This document shows, piece by piece, positions 1-7,385 of a DNA stretch of 14,455 nt. Every line of letters begins with the position of its first letter. Position 1 is the first letter of the stretch. Source of the DNA: a virus (taxonomy: Duplodnaviria > Heunggongvirae > Uroviricota > Caudoviricetes); the IMG/VR virus record IMGVR_UViG_2698536576_000009, positions 1 to 14,455 of that record. One strand, 5' to 3'. The notes under the pieces are model-generated. The model saw only the letters and a program-made list of their open reading frames with translations. It did no database searches and was not told the DNA's origin. The position numbers and the translations under genes are program-made.

Positions 1-169
1 TATCGCGTCCTCAACAATGAATTTTGTGATGCGGTGCCTGGTGCCTCCAGGTGACGTTAACCAGTTAACAATTAACGCCGGATACAGAGAATCCACCCAT
101 AACACTGTTTTTGGTTTTAACTGTTCCGCGTGCGCTTAGCCGCATTCACCGCATCACACAATTCACTTT

Positions 170-227
170 AAAAAGGGCGGTAGAGCAGTCACGGAGTAAA
201 ACTGATACCGCCAAACGTCACCAGAAA
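170..227 (-). ncRNA. dicF: DicF-like small regulatory RNA (about 53 nt plus U-tail) at the 3' end of the leftward early operon
   Basis: Minus-strand sequence TTTCTGGTGACGTTTGGCGGTATCAGTTTTACTCCGTGACTGCTCTACCGCCCTTTTT: a stem GGCGGTA...TACCGCC followed by a T-run (intrinsic terminator), with an inner CAGT/ACTG pairing. Matches my recollection of E. coli DicF and sits downstream of ydfA/ydfB-like genes as in the Qin dicB operon. Not verified by search. Confidence 0.5.
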
Positions 228-562
228 ATTGATAGCAGAGGGCGTTGCAGCGGGGTTGTCACTTAAGCGTATGGTCAACCTGACAACCCGGTGTCCTCAA
301 CGGGGAAGGAATCACCCCGCCATACTTACCGCCGCGCCATTTCGCGGATTGCCACAACCGGAAGCGCACGGGCGAAGATGCCGGCGGCACGCAACAGAGG
401 GAGAAATGACTTCGCCGTGCGCTTTCGCGTTATGCCCTGACTTTTCAGGGATATATCCTTTCAGTAAACTGTCAGTGCCGGATTCTTATCCGTGTCCGGC
501 GCACGACCACACGTGACAGCGTGTTGGTCTCCATTTTTAACCGCATCTCAATGGAGGATAAA

Positions 563-805
563 ATGCCAACAAAACTATGCCCAGCCTGTAATTCTTCGTC
601 TGATTTTTCAGAGAAGAATGGTTATTATATTTTTGATTGCCCGAAACACGGTGTATTCCACATATCAAAACTTGATGGGATATTTGTGAAACCAAGTCAG
701 TATCAGGCTGACAAGTTAAATAAAATTCTCAATGTCAAAAGAGCGTCAGGCTATACGGGACCTATAGAGGTTTTACCGCGTCCTCGTCTTGTGGAACTGG
801 ATTAA
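563..805 (+). CDS. small zinc-ribbon-like protein (80 aa), unknown function
   Basis: ATG at 563 preceded by GGAGG with 5-nt spacing; CPAC...CPKH cysteine/histidine pairs suggest a zinc ribbon; AT-rich; oriented antisense to the surrounding operon; the 3' end overlaps the convergent 186-aa gene by 44 nt. The six-frame ORF begins at 521; the start was chosen by RBS. Confidence 0.5.
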   Translation: MPTKLCPACNSSSDFSEKNGYYIFDCPKHGVFHISKLDGIFVKPSQYQADKLNKILNVKRASGYTGPIEVLPRPRLVELD

Positions 806-1322
806 ACCAGTGCTCCTGAATCGCTCGTATTTTTACCCTCGGATGATTGCCGGGGGTGATTATTAATTCTGGCGGACATGGTTCTCCATTATGACAAATT
901 GCGCTATAAGTGAAATCAGCCAGAGCAGTGCCGGTCATTATTATTCCGAACTTATCAAGCAGCGAGAGCAAATCACGCAAACAGGAGTTATCAGTTTTTT
1001 CGTTATAAAATGAATCCCCTGATGCAGAGAGCATTTCACCTCGCTCTGCGATGCGTTTGGCCATTTTCCAGAATTCTTTTTTTGAATACTTTTCCTCGAC
1101 ATAAAAACCCATCGCCGAGGCAATCCGCTTTGCAGCTTCTTCAGTATCCTGGTTGTTTGTTACCGAAACAGAGTACAATCCGGTAAACGCATCGCGCACA
1201 TTACGAGCTATATTATCAGTGTCTTTTTTCGTTACCGATTCCAATGCAAGTTCGTTCAGGCGTTGACGGAGTGTCTGTGCTGCAATCTCCTGGATTGATA
1301 GTGGTAAATCTTTAAATTCCAT
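762..1322 (-). CDS. hypothetical protein (186 aa), no family recognised; candidate accessory/exclusion gene
   Basis: Long minus-strand ORF with ATG at 1322..1320 and a GGGG purine tract upstream; lies in the leftward operon between the ydfB-like gene and the dicF-like sRNA, where Qin has ydfC; lower GC than flanking prophage DNA by eye. Confidence 0.65.
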   Translation of the reverse strand: MEFKDLPLSIQEIAAQTLRQRLNELALESVTKKDTDNIARNVRDAFTGLYSVSVTNNQDTEEAAKRIASAMGFYVEEKYSKKEFWKMAKRIAERGEMLSASGDSFYNEKTDNSCLRDLLSLLDKFGIIMTGTALADFTYSAICHNGEPCPPELIITPGNHPRVKIRAIQEHWFNPVPQDEDAVKPL

Positions 1323-1333
1323 CTTTAACCCCG

Positions 1334-1462
1334 TTAGCCGTTAGATTTTGCCGAACTGGAAAGCGCCTGTTTAAACTCACTGAAGCTGAGAGCTTCTTCG
1401 CCTTCGGCAAGGCCTTCGAAGTATTCTTCGTAAGCCTTTTTCATGATTGTGTCGAAATCCAT
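1334..1462 (-). CDS. ydfB: YdfB-like small protein (42 aa)
   Basis: Not in the ORF track (below its size cutoff). Minus-strand ATG at 1462..1460 with AAGGTGAG RBS; translation MDFDTIMKKAYEEYFEGLAEGEEALSFSEFKQALSSSAKSNG, stop TAA at 1336..1334; begins 10 nt after the ydfA-like stop. Size and position match Qin ydfB. Confidence 0.5.
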   Translation of the reverse strand: MDFDTIMKKAYEEYFEGLAEGEEALSFSEFKQALSSSAKSNG

Positions 1463-1472
1463 ATCACTCACC

Positions 1473-1619
1473 TTAGTTTCTTTCCAACCAGCGACGTGCG
1501 CCAGCTTCGGTTTTAAACGTTTTGCTTTTGGTATACGTCATGGCGGTGAATGTGCCGTCCTGATTGGGAAACACGCCACATACCAGAGATTCGTTGTTGC
1601 CAAGATCGATAGTATCCAT
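1473..1619 (-). CDS. ydfA: YdfA-like small protein (48 aa; DUF1391-like)
   Basis: Internal ATG at 1619..1617 of the 1473..1712 minus ORF, preceded by GAGG with 5-nt spacing; product MDTIDLGNNESLVCGVFPNQDGTFTAMTYTKSKTFKTEAGARRWLERN; first gene downstream of the repressor, as ydfA is after dicA. Confidence 0.55.
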   Translation of the reverse strand: MDTIDLGNNESLVCGVFPNQDGTFTAMTYTKSKTFKTEAGARRWLERN

Positions 1620-1696
1620 GTTGACCTCATTTCCCCTTAACGCCGGGGTAGCGGAACTGTTTGCTGAGAACACCGTGCGGTGTCTTGATGGATGAT

Positions 1697-1725
1697 AATT
1701 TAGTTTCCTCATTAAAATTGGTCAA
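1697..1725 (-). promoter_or_regulatory. candidate sigma70 promoter of the leftward early operon (PdicB-like)
   Basis: On the minus strand: -35 TTGACC (1725..1720), 17-nt spacer, -10 TAAATT (1702..1697); about 70 nt upstream of the ydfA-like start. Confidence 0.4.
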
Positions 1726-1739
1726 GAATTTTTAATGAG
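1708..1739. promoter_or_regulatory. perfect 10-bp inverted repeat (CTCATTAAAA / TTTTAATGAG) with 12-bp spacer, bracketing the -35 element; candidate operator
   Basis: Read directly: arms at 1708..1717 and 1730..1739 are exact reverse complements; the spacer contains the minus-strand -35 hexamer. Confidence 0.5.
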
Positions 1740-1809
1740 AAAACTCAATATTTAATGCAAAATAAAGCCAATACATTGAAATGTAAGGCTTTAAAATTTG
1801 TGAAGGGGG

Positions 1810-2217
1810 TTATTGATGTTTGTTACGTTTGCGAGCTTCTAGTAGCTCGGTGAACAGGCGATTAAAATTCTCAACGCGGGCACGGAGTTCGCTGATTTGT
1901 GCTTGCTGCTCTGATTTTGGAAGTGCGCGATACAATCGCAATATCTCCAACTCATCTTCCGATAAGTCTAAGGCGCTGTTGAGTGCAACTGGTGGATCTG
2001 GTGTTTTATCCTCGTCACCAAATAGTATCCAAGTTGGTGAACATTGCAATACCTCAGCCAGGCGATGCAAATTTTGCCCGCGCGGGGCTGTATGGTCGCT
2101 TTCCCATAGTGAAATTGATGAGCCAGATACGCCAGCAGCTTTGCTTAAATCGTTTTGACTTAAACCAACCTGTTTGCGTCTTTCTCTAATTCGTTGACCT
2201 AAAGTTTTCTCGTTCAT
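1810..2217 (-). CDS. dicA: DicA-like HTH (XRE-family) prophage repressor, 135 aa, without a peptidase S24 domain
   Basis: Product MNEKTLGQRIRERRKQVGLSQNDLSKAAGVS...LQCSPTWILFGDEDK... has an N-terminal HTH and the C-terminal motifs and length I recall for E. coli DicA; divergent from a Cro-like gene. Confidence 0.85.
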   Translation of the reverse strand: MNEKTLGQRIRERRKQVGLSQNDLSKAAGVSGSSISLWESDHTAPRGQNLHRLAEVLQCSPTWILFGDEDKTPDPPVALNSALDLSEDELEILRLYRALPKSEQQAQISELRARVENFNRLFTELLEARKRNKHQ

Positions 2218-2233
2218 ATTTAGATATCTTAAT
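2218..2233. promoter_or_regulatory. near-palindromic 16-mer ATTTAGATATCTTAAT abutting the repressor start codon; candidate operator
   Basis: Contains the perfect palindrome AGATATCT (2222..2229) with symmetric A/T flanks; lies in the divergent repressor/cro intergenic region. A second imperfect dyad TAGTTATTACTA is at about 2257..2268. Confidence 0.3.
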
Positions 2234-2238
2234 AACCC

Positions 2239-2268
2239 TTGACTTGAGATTCCTTTAGTTATTACTAT
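2239..2268 (+). promoter_or_regulatory. candidate rightward promoter (PR-like) for the cro-like gene
   Basis: -35 TTGACT (2239..2244), 18-nt spacer, -10 TACTAT (2263..2268); about 27 nt upstream of the ATG at 2295. Confidence 0.4.
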
Positions 2269-2294
2269 TGAGAAAACTCAACTTTGGAGGGGTG

Positions 2295-2522
2295 ATGTTT
2301 AAATCAGACGTAATTAATTTTTATGGGACGAAAGCCAAAGTAGCGAAAGCTGCTGGTGTTGATCCATCTGCTGTTTCTCAATGGGGGGAATTGGTTCCTG
2401 AAGGTCGCGCGATCCGCCTGCAAGAGGCATCCGGCGGGGAACTTCAGTACGACCCCAAAGTTTATGACGAATATCGTAAGGCAAAGCGGGCGGGGCGGTT
2501 GAACAATGAAAATCACTCCTGA
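2295..2522 (+). CDS. Cro-like regulator (DicC / YdaS family)
   Basis: ATG at 2295 directly after GGAGGGG (in-frame GTG at 2292 is an alternative); 75-aa product with an HTH-like segment KAKVAKAAGVDPSAVSQW; divergent from the DicA-like repressor. The six-frame ORF starts at 2268 on TTG. Confidence 0.75.
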   Translation: MFKSDVINFYGTKAKVAKAAGVDPSAVSQWGELVPEGRAIRLQEASGGELQYDPKVYDEYRKAKRAGRLNNENHS

Positions 2523-3057
2523 ACAGGCTCGTGAGGCTCTGGATGCATGGGTATGCCGACCAGGAATGACACAGGAGCAGGCGACGATATTAATCACGGA
2601 AGCATTCTGGGCTCTGAAAGAACGCCCGAACATCGATGTTCAACGCGTCACGTTTGATGATGGCGCGGTTGATCAACGGGCGCTGGGCGTCAACCGGGTG
2701 AAGATATTCGAACGATGGAAAGCTATTGATACCAGGGATAAGCGGGAAAAATTCACGGCGCTGATTCCGGCAATTATGGAGGCTATCCGGATCAGCGATT
2801 TCAGGTTGTATTGTGAAATTACTGATGGAAAAAGCATTACGTACATGATCGCCGGGTTAAACAAAGAATATGGCGATGTGGTGGAGTCCGGGCTGCTTTT
2901 TGCGGATCCATCTGTTGTGGAACGTGAGACTGACGAGCTTATAGAAAAAGCCATTGCTTTCAAGCATGCGTATCGTCAGCAATATCAATATTACTTTGCA
3001 GATAAACAAATGTCTGCCAGGGGTTCGTATGAGTATCGATGCACTACGATGGGCTAA
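2506..3057 (+). CDS. YdaT-like regulatory protein (CII-position gene), 183 aa
   Basis: Overlaps the cro-like stop by 17 nt and the O-like start by 29 nt; positional equivalent of ydaT after ydaS/dicC. Family assignment is from synteny and general resemblance only. Confidence 0.55.
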   Translation: MKITPEQAREALDAWVCRPGMTQEQATILITEAFWALKERPNIDVQRVTFDDGAVDQRALGVNRVKIFERWKAIDTRDKREKFTALIPAIMEAIRISDFRLYCEITDGKSITYMIAGLNKEYGDVVESGLLFADPSVVERETDELIEKAIAFKHAYRQQYQYYFADKQMSARGSYEYRCTTMG

Positions 3058-4069
3058 AAAGGTGAAAACCGGCAGTTCATCCAGTAAGTCAGTATTGACC
3101 TGGCTTGCTGATATGTGCGGTGCCGATTTGTGTGCATACCCGTCTGTATCTGCACTGGCAGAAGTAACGGAACTGAACAAAAAGACTGTGCAGGACAGCT
3201 TACGACACCTGATGGAGATTGGGTTAATTGTTGATACCGGTGAGAGAAAAGGCCGAACAAAGCAAATCGTGGTGTACCGACTTATCGGTGTAGAAGAAAG
3301 CGTTGCCGAGCCTGAATACACCCAAAAACGGGAGTCTTTAAAGGTGAGTAAAATTGGTGCTGTTAATAAAAACAGTACCGAAAATGGTTATGTTTCAGCA
3401 CAAAACAGACCCAAAAACGGAACTCTTAGCTGCATGGAAAATAACCAAAGACACCCAAATTTTCCATCAAAGACACCCAAAAACGGATCACGGAACCCAA
3501 AGGAATCCAAAGATCTAAACCCCACACATAACGCACGCGAGAGTGCTCCGACCAGTGAGCAGGAAGTTTTGTCGTTACAGGCACCACCCCCTGTATTCCT
3601 GGAAGGCCTGAGCGAACCCATCGGGAAATTTCCGATGACCGATAGCTGGTATCCGTCACGTGATTTTCGACGACGGGCTGCGTTGTGGGGGATGGCTTTG
3701 CCGGAGACAGAATTTACACCTGCTGAACTTGCCGCCTTCCGGGACTACTGGGCAGCGGAGAGGAAAGTGTTTACGCAGATTCAGTGGGAGCAGAAATTCG
3801 CCCGTCACGTAAATCACGTCAGGGCGCAGGTTAAACCAGTCAGCAAGGGGGTAAACCATGCAGCAGCACCAGGTGGCACCGCATCACGGGCAGTTCAGGA
3901 AATTCGGGCAGCACGTGAGCAGTGGGAACGTGAAAACGGATTTATCAGCGACGGAAACGGCGTGGAAGCTGTGGGAGCTCATGGGGGAGGTTTATTCGAA
4001 CCGCTGGACTCAGAAGAACGGGGCCGCACCTTCGACGCTCTGGATTGCACAGATTGGTGCGATGACTGA
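3029..4069 (+). CDS. replication initiator, O-like (N-terminal winged-helix domain plus DnaT-like C-terminal region)
   Basis: ATG at 3029 preceded by AGGGG; N-terminus MSIDALRWAKK...LTWLADMCGADLCAYPSVSALAEVTELNKKTVQDSLRHLMEIGLIV is typical of phage replication-initiator HTH domains. The ORF track start at 2954 was rejected for lack of an RBS. The 3' 212 nt overlap the P-like ORF. Confidence 0.7.
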   Translation: MSIDALRWAKKVKTGSSSSKSVLTWLADMCGADLCAYPSVSALAEVTELNKKTVQDSLRHLMEIGLIVDTGERKGRTKQIVVYRLIGVEESVAEPEYTQKRESLKVSKIGAVNKNSTENGYVSAQNRPKNGTLSCMENNQRHPNFPSKTPKNGSRNPKESKDLNPTHNARESAPTSEQEVLSLQAPPPVFLEGLSEPIGKFPMTDSWYPSRDFRRRAALWGMALPETEFTPAELAAFRDYWAAERKVFTQIQWEQKFARHVNHVRAQVKPVSKGVNHAAAPGGTASRAVQEIRAAREQWERENGFISDGNGVEAVGAHGGGLFEPLDSEERGRTFDALDCTDWCDD

Positions 4070-4523
4070 GCAGCAAATCCGGCAGGTCTGCCGCCAGTGC
4101 ATGGACCGCTGCCGGGCGGGTGAAACATGGCCCCCGGACCTGGCTGAGTTTGTGGCGCTGATTTCGGAAAGCGGAGCCAATCCATTCGGTCTGACGGTGG
4201 ATGCTGTGATGGAGGAGTACCGCCGCTGGCGCAATGAGTCCTGGCGATACGACGGAAGTGATAAGTACCCGTGGTCTCAGCCTGTGCTGTATCACATTTG
4301 CCTCGAGATGCGTTCAAAGGGGATTGAGCGCCAGATGACCGAAGGGGAATTAAAACGGCTTGCAGAACGGCAGCTGACGAAATGGGCAAAGCATGTAGGT
4401 AACGGCCTGAGCGTTCCGCCAGTCCGGCGACAACTGGCGGCACCCAAACGCCCGTCGGGGCCAACGCCAATTGAGTTGCTGAAACAGGAATATGAACGCC
4501 GGAAAGCGGCTGGTTTTGTTTGA
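3858..4523 (+). CDS. replication protein P-like (helicase loader)
   Basis: C-terminal half (DKYPWSQPVLYHICLEMRSKG...TEGELKRLAERQLTKWAKHV) resembles lambda P as I recall it; ATG at 3858 follows AAGGGGG. An alternative start at 4062 (ATGACTGA, 8-nt overlap with the O-like stop) would give 153 aa. Confidence 0.7.
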   Translation: MQQHQVAPHHGQFRKFGQHVSSGNVKTDLSATETAWKLWELMGEVYSNRWTQKNGAAPSTLWIAQIGAMTEQQIRQVCRQCMDRCRAGETWPPDLAEFVALISESGANPFGLTVDAVMEEYRRWRNESWRYDGSDKYPWSQPVLYHICLEMRSKGIERQMTEGELKRLAERQLTKWAKHVGNGLSVPPVRRQLAAPKRPSGPTPIELLKQEYERRKAAGFV

Positions 4524-4556
4524 GTTGATAAGTAATTTTACCGGGAGGAAATTTTA

Positions 4557-5318
4557 ATGGAGACTGTTTTTGACGCACTGAAAGCAATGGGAAAAGCCAC
4601 GTCGGTAGAACTCGCTGCGCGACTTGATATCAGCCGTGAAGAAGTGCTGAACGAGCTGTGGGAACTGAAAAAGTCTGGCTTCGTTGATAAAAGCGTAAAC
4701 ACCTGGCGTGTGGCTGATAACAACGTTCAGCAGGAGCAGCCAGCGCCGGCAGAACTGCCGGAAGAAACTACCACGGCAACAGTCGCGAAAATTTCAGAGA
4801 GCGATTTAACTGCGACGATTGAACAACGTGGACCACAAACGGCGGATGAACTGGCTACGCTGTTCGGTACCACATCCCGCAAAGTGGCTTCAACGCTGGC
4901 AATGGCAATCAGCAAAGGTCGTCTGATTCGCGTAAATCAGGGCGGTAAATTTCGTTACTGCATACCGGGCGATAATTTACCAGCAGAGCCGAAAGCAGCA
5001 TCGGTAGCGGAAACTGATGGTAAGGCCTTTCCTCAGCCAGCAGGCGTTGCGTTACCAGTACAGGAAGCTGTAACACTGGAAGAAATTAAAACAGAAACTG
5101 TGGCGGACATTGTGCAGTCGCTGCCATCGTTTACTGAAACGCGAGCTGATGATTTGATTTTGCCATCGCTGCATATGGCAAACCGCGAACTGCGGCGGGC
5201 GAAGAATCATGTCCAGAAGTGGGAGCGTGTCTGTGCCGCGCTGCGGGAGCTGAACAAGTACCGGGATATTGTTCGACAGATTGTTGATTCCTCCAGTCGT
5301 ATTGTGTCGGAAAAGTGA
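4557..5318 (+). CDS. hypothetical prophage protein with two winged-helix-like segments (253 aa)
   Basis: ATG at 4557 with GGGAGG RBS at 9-nt spacing; repeated HTH-like segments ([28 protein letters not shown] and [29 protein letters not shown]). Confidence 0.7.
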   Translation: METVFDALKAMGKATSVELAARLDISREEVLNELWELKKSGFVDKSVNTWRVADNNVQQEQPAPAELPEETTTATVAKISESDLTATIEQRGPQTADELATLFGTTSRKVASTLAMAISKGRLIRVNQGGKFRYCIPGDNLPAEPKAASVAETDGKAFPQPAGVALPVQEAVTLEEIKTETVADIVQSLPSFTETRADDLILPSLHMANRELRRAKNHVQKWERVCAALRELNKYRDIVRQIVDSSSRIVSEK

Positions 5319-5333
5319 TTGCCGGAGGCGCTT

Positions 5334-5756
5334 ATGGCAAAAATTTTTACACAAGAAGAGCGAGAAAAAATTAAAGGGCAGGTTGTTGAACTTGTACGTC
5401 TGAGCGGTCGCGAGACGTTACGGGCACTGGAGGCTAAAACCGGTGTATCAAGGTATTACATAAGCACTCTCGCCAGAGAACTGGTCGCCAGTGGTGATGT
5501 TTACAATTCAGGCTACGGATTATTCCCGTCCGAGCAGGCGCGTAAAGACTGGCAAAACGCCCGCAAAAAACTATCAAGGGCAAAGGTGAAGAAACCGGTT
5601 GTGGTTGATCCTGACCTTATCTGGTCATTACCAGACGGAGAAATACGCCGCTACGACAGGCGTCTGAACATAATCTGTCGCGAGTGCAGGAAGAGCGAAG
5701 TTATGCAGCGCGTGCTGGCGTTTTATCAGGGGAAATTTCAGGAGGTGGTGCGGTGA
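5334..5756 (+). CDS. hypothetical protein (140 aa) with HTH-like segment
   Basis: ATG at 5334 with GGAGG 5 nt upstream (the track's upstream TTG at 5319 was rejected); stop overlaps the next start (GTGA). Confidence 0.65.
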   Translation: MAKIFTQEEREKIKGQVVELVRLSGRETLRALEAKTGVSRYYISTLARELVASGDVYNSGYGLFPSEQARKDWQNARKKLSRAKVKKPVVVDPDLIWSLPDGEIRRYDRRLNIICRECRKSEVMQRVLAFYQGKFQEVVR

Positions 5757-6028
5757 GTGAATCAAAATGCCAGGTTAATGGCAACAAGATAGAACCGTGT
5801 ACGGTACTGGCAAAATCCCTTGAGCATGATGCTGAATACACGACGCGAAAAGGTCTGCTGATATACAAAATCTGGAATGAGAGTTTAACTCGCGGACCTG
5901 ATTTGGTGATGTTGCGTTCCGGTGAATTTTCTAAATTACCAGTTCGAGTTTCATTTTGCCCGTTCTGTGGTGAAAGTCTGAAAACGTGGGAAGCGGAGGC
6001 AACCAGTGAGCGGAAAAAGAATGACTAA
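5753..6028 (+). CDS. hypothetical small protein (91 aa) with C-terminal CPFC zinc-binding-like motif
   Basis: GTG at 5753 preceded by AGGAGG at 7-nt spacing, overlapping the upstream stop (GTGA coupling). Confidence 0.55.
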   Translation: MSESKCQVNGNKIEPCTVLAKSLEHDAEYTTRKGLLIYKIWNESLTRGPDLVMLRSGEFSKLPVRVSFCPFCGESLKTWEAEATSERKKND

Positions 6029-6230
6029 CAGAGAGCTTGTCGATGCCGCGATTAAGCTTGCTGGTGATTTTTATTCAATGATGGGGTACGCGCATCGCCC
6101 TGGATTCAAATATTGGGAATCACCGCATCCGCAAGAGCAACAGGTATTTCAAATGGCCTGCCGTGCTTTTGAGGTTATTCGCGGTTCTGATGTGATGGAC
6201 GCCGTTGCCGACCTGGAGGATGAAGAGTGA
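6006..6230 (+). CDS. hypothetical small protein (about 70-74 aa)
   Basis: GTG at 6006 after GGAGG (6-nt spacing), or ATG at 6021; stop TGA overlaps the next GTG start. Confidence 0.55.
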   Translation: MSGKRMTNRELVDAAIKLAGDFYSMMGYAHRPGFKYWESPHPQEQQVFQMACRAFEVIRGSDVMDAVADLEDEE

Positions 6231-6865
6231 GCAAGATTGACTATCAGGCACTACGTGCTAAGGCAGAAAAAGCAACGTGTGGCGAGTGGTCGCTCGAATA
6301 TGGAAAGGGCCGATTTGATGGTGATGATGCACTAATTCATCGTGAAGTTGCTGGATATATTCCTGTTTGCAGAATTGAAGGAGCGCATCCAGAAAGCGGT
6401 TTCGATGAAGATTTCCAAATGGAACAGCAGTCCAATGCTGAATTCATCGCTGCAGCCAATCCAGCTACCGTGCTGACACTGCTGGCTGAACGGGAAGCCC
6501 AAAGCAAACGCATTGCAGAGCTGGAGACTAATCTTGCGGCACTGGCGGTGGAGAATGCGGGAATAAAGTCTGCAATTCCTCAACTACGGGATATTGATGC
6601 TGACAATGACAATATGGATGACGTATCTCTTGCTGAAGACTTCGGATTCAATCATGCAATAGAACGGATGAAACGACGGATTACTGAAATTCCGGCTGCT
6701 GACGCTTTCCTGGCTGATGTTCGAGCGGGGGCGCTTAACGACCTTTGCACGGCGTTTGTCAGGCACGCAAAAGTTGCAGGACTGGATGATGCCGATACCG
6801 TAACGCTTAAGGAAGTGACAGAAGCATTGTTGCATTGTGCAGAACAGATTCGCGCGCCTGAATAA
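6227..6865 (+). CDS. Ead/Ea22-like prophage protein (212 aa), tentative
   Basis: GTG at 6227 with GGAGGA RBS; the internal motif NAEFIAAANPATVLTLLAEREAQSKRIAELE resembles Ea22-like proteins as I recall them. Confidence 0.6.
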   Translation: MSKIDYQALRAKAEKATCGEWSLEYGKGRFDGDDALIHREVAGYIPVCRIEGAHPESGFDEDFQMEQQSNAEFIAAANPATVLTLLAEREAQSKRIAELETNLAALAVENAGIKSAIPQLRDIDADNDNMDDVSLAEDFGFNHAIERMKRRITEIPAADAFLADVRAGALNDLCTAFVRHAKVAGLDDADTVTLKEVTEALLHCAEQIRAPE

Positions 6866-6962
6866 TTAAATTTAGTGTTGTAAATAAAATTTAATCCTTA
6901 ACCGGAGGGATTTCTGCACCCTCAGAACATCGGGAGGCCGCCTGAAAGGGCGGTAATGAAAA

Positions 6963-7382
6963 GTGACTGAATTAACCAAAGAGCAATTAATCGAAGAAGC
7001 CAAATTAAAAATAGCGATTGCGAAATGCCACCCCAATTCAGGGATGGCACGGGTAGAGGGCGAGTTATTCAAAATTGCACTGGCATCGCTGGTAGCAGAG
7101 CCAGTTGCATGGACTGATGACGAGGAACTGCGAGATGTTGAGCAAATTGGTTTAGGTTATTTATTACCTTGTCCTCCAGATAAATACGCAGACCCGCGTC
7201 GTGTAATTCCGCTGTATCGTGTGCCGCCAGTTCCCACAGTGCAGGCACCGGGCATTGAGATCGCAATAAACGAACTGGTGTCTCTGTCCCCACGGCTGGA
7301 TAAACGAGCGGTGGAAACTCTTTCTATGGCTGTGGCACATCTACGCAAACTGGTTAAGAAGCAGATACAGGCCAAGGACTAA
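6963..7382 (+). CDS. hypothetical protein (139 aa), tandem paralog of the next gene
   Basis: GTG start; N-terminus MTELTKEQLIEEAKLKIAIAK...KIALASLVAEP parallels MTTFTDKEMIKEIKERIGS...YEIALASLEAEP of the next ORF. The RBS is weak. Confidence 0.55.
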   Translation: MTELTKEQLIEEAKLKIAIAKCHPNSGMARVEGELFKIALASLVAEPVAWTDDEELRDVEQIGLGYLLPCPPDKYADPRRVIPLYRVPPVPTVQAPGIEIAINELVSLSPRLDKRAVETLSMAVAHLRKLVKKQIQAKD

Positions 7383-7385
7383 CAC

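Noticed and set aside
229-516. 95-aa plus-strand ORF (and the overlapping 492..689 ORF)
   Set aside because: GC-rich with an Arg/Pro/Cys/His-rich translation, no RBS and no recognisable domain; looks like a chance ORF in non-coding DNA.
1443-1640. 65-aa plus-strand ORF
   Set aside because: Antisense to the ydfA/ydfB-like genes, which have RBSs and operon spacing; no start signal.
2954-3028. Upstream ATG extension of the O-like gene (track start 2954)
   Set aside because: No RBS and it lies inside the YdaT-like coding region; the ATG at 3029 has an AGGGG RBS and begins the conserved N-terminus.
3945-4587. Minus-strand ORFs of 116, 202 and 74 aa antisense to the P-like gene
   Set aside because: Pro/Ser/Gly/Arg-rich low-complexity translations typical of antisense frames of GC-rich coding DNA; no RBS or family resemblance.
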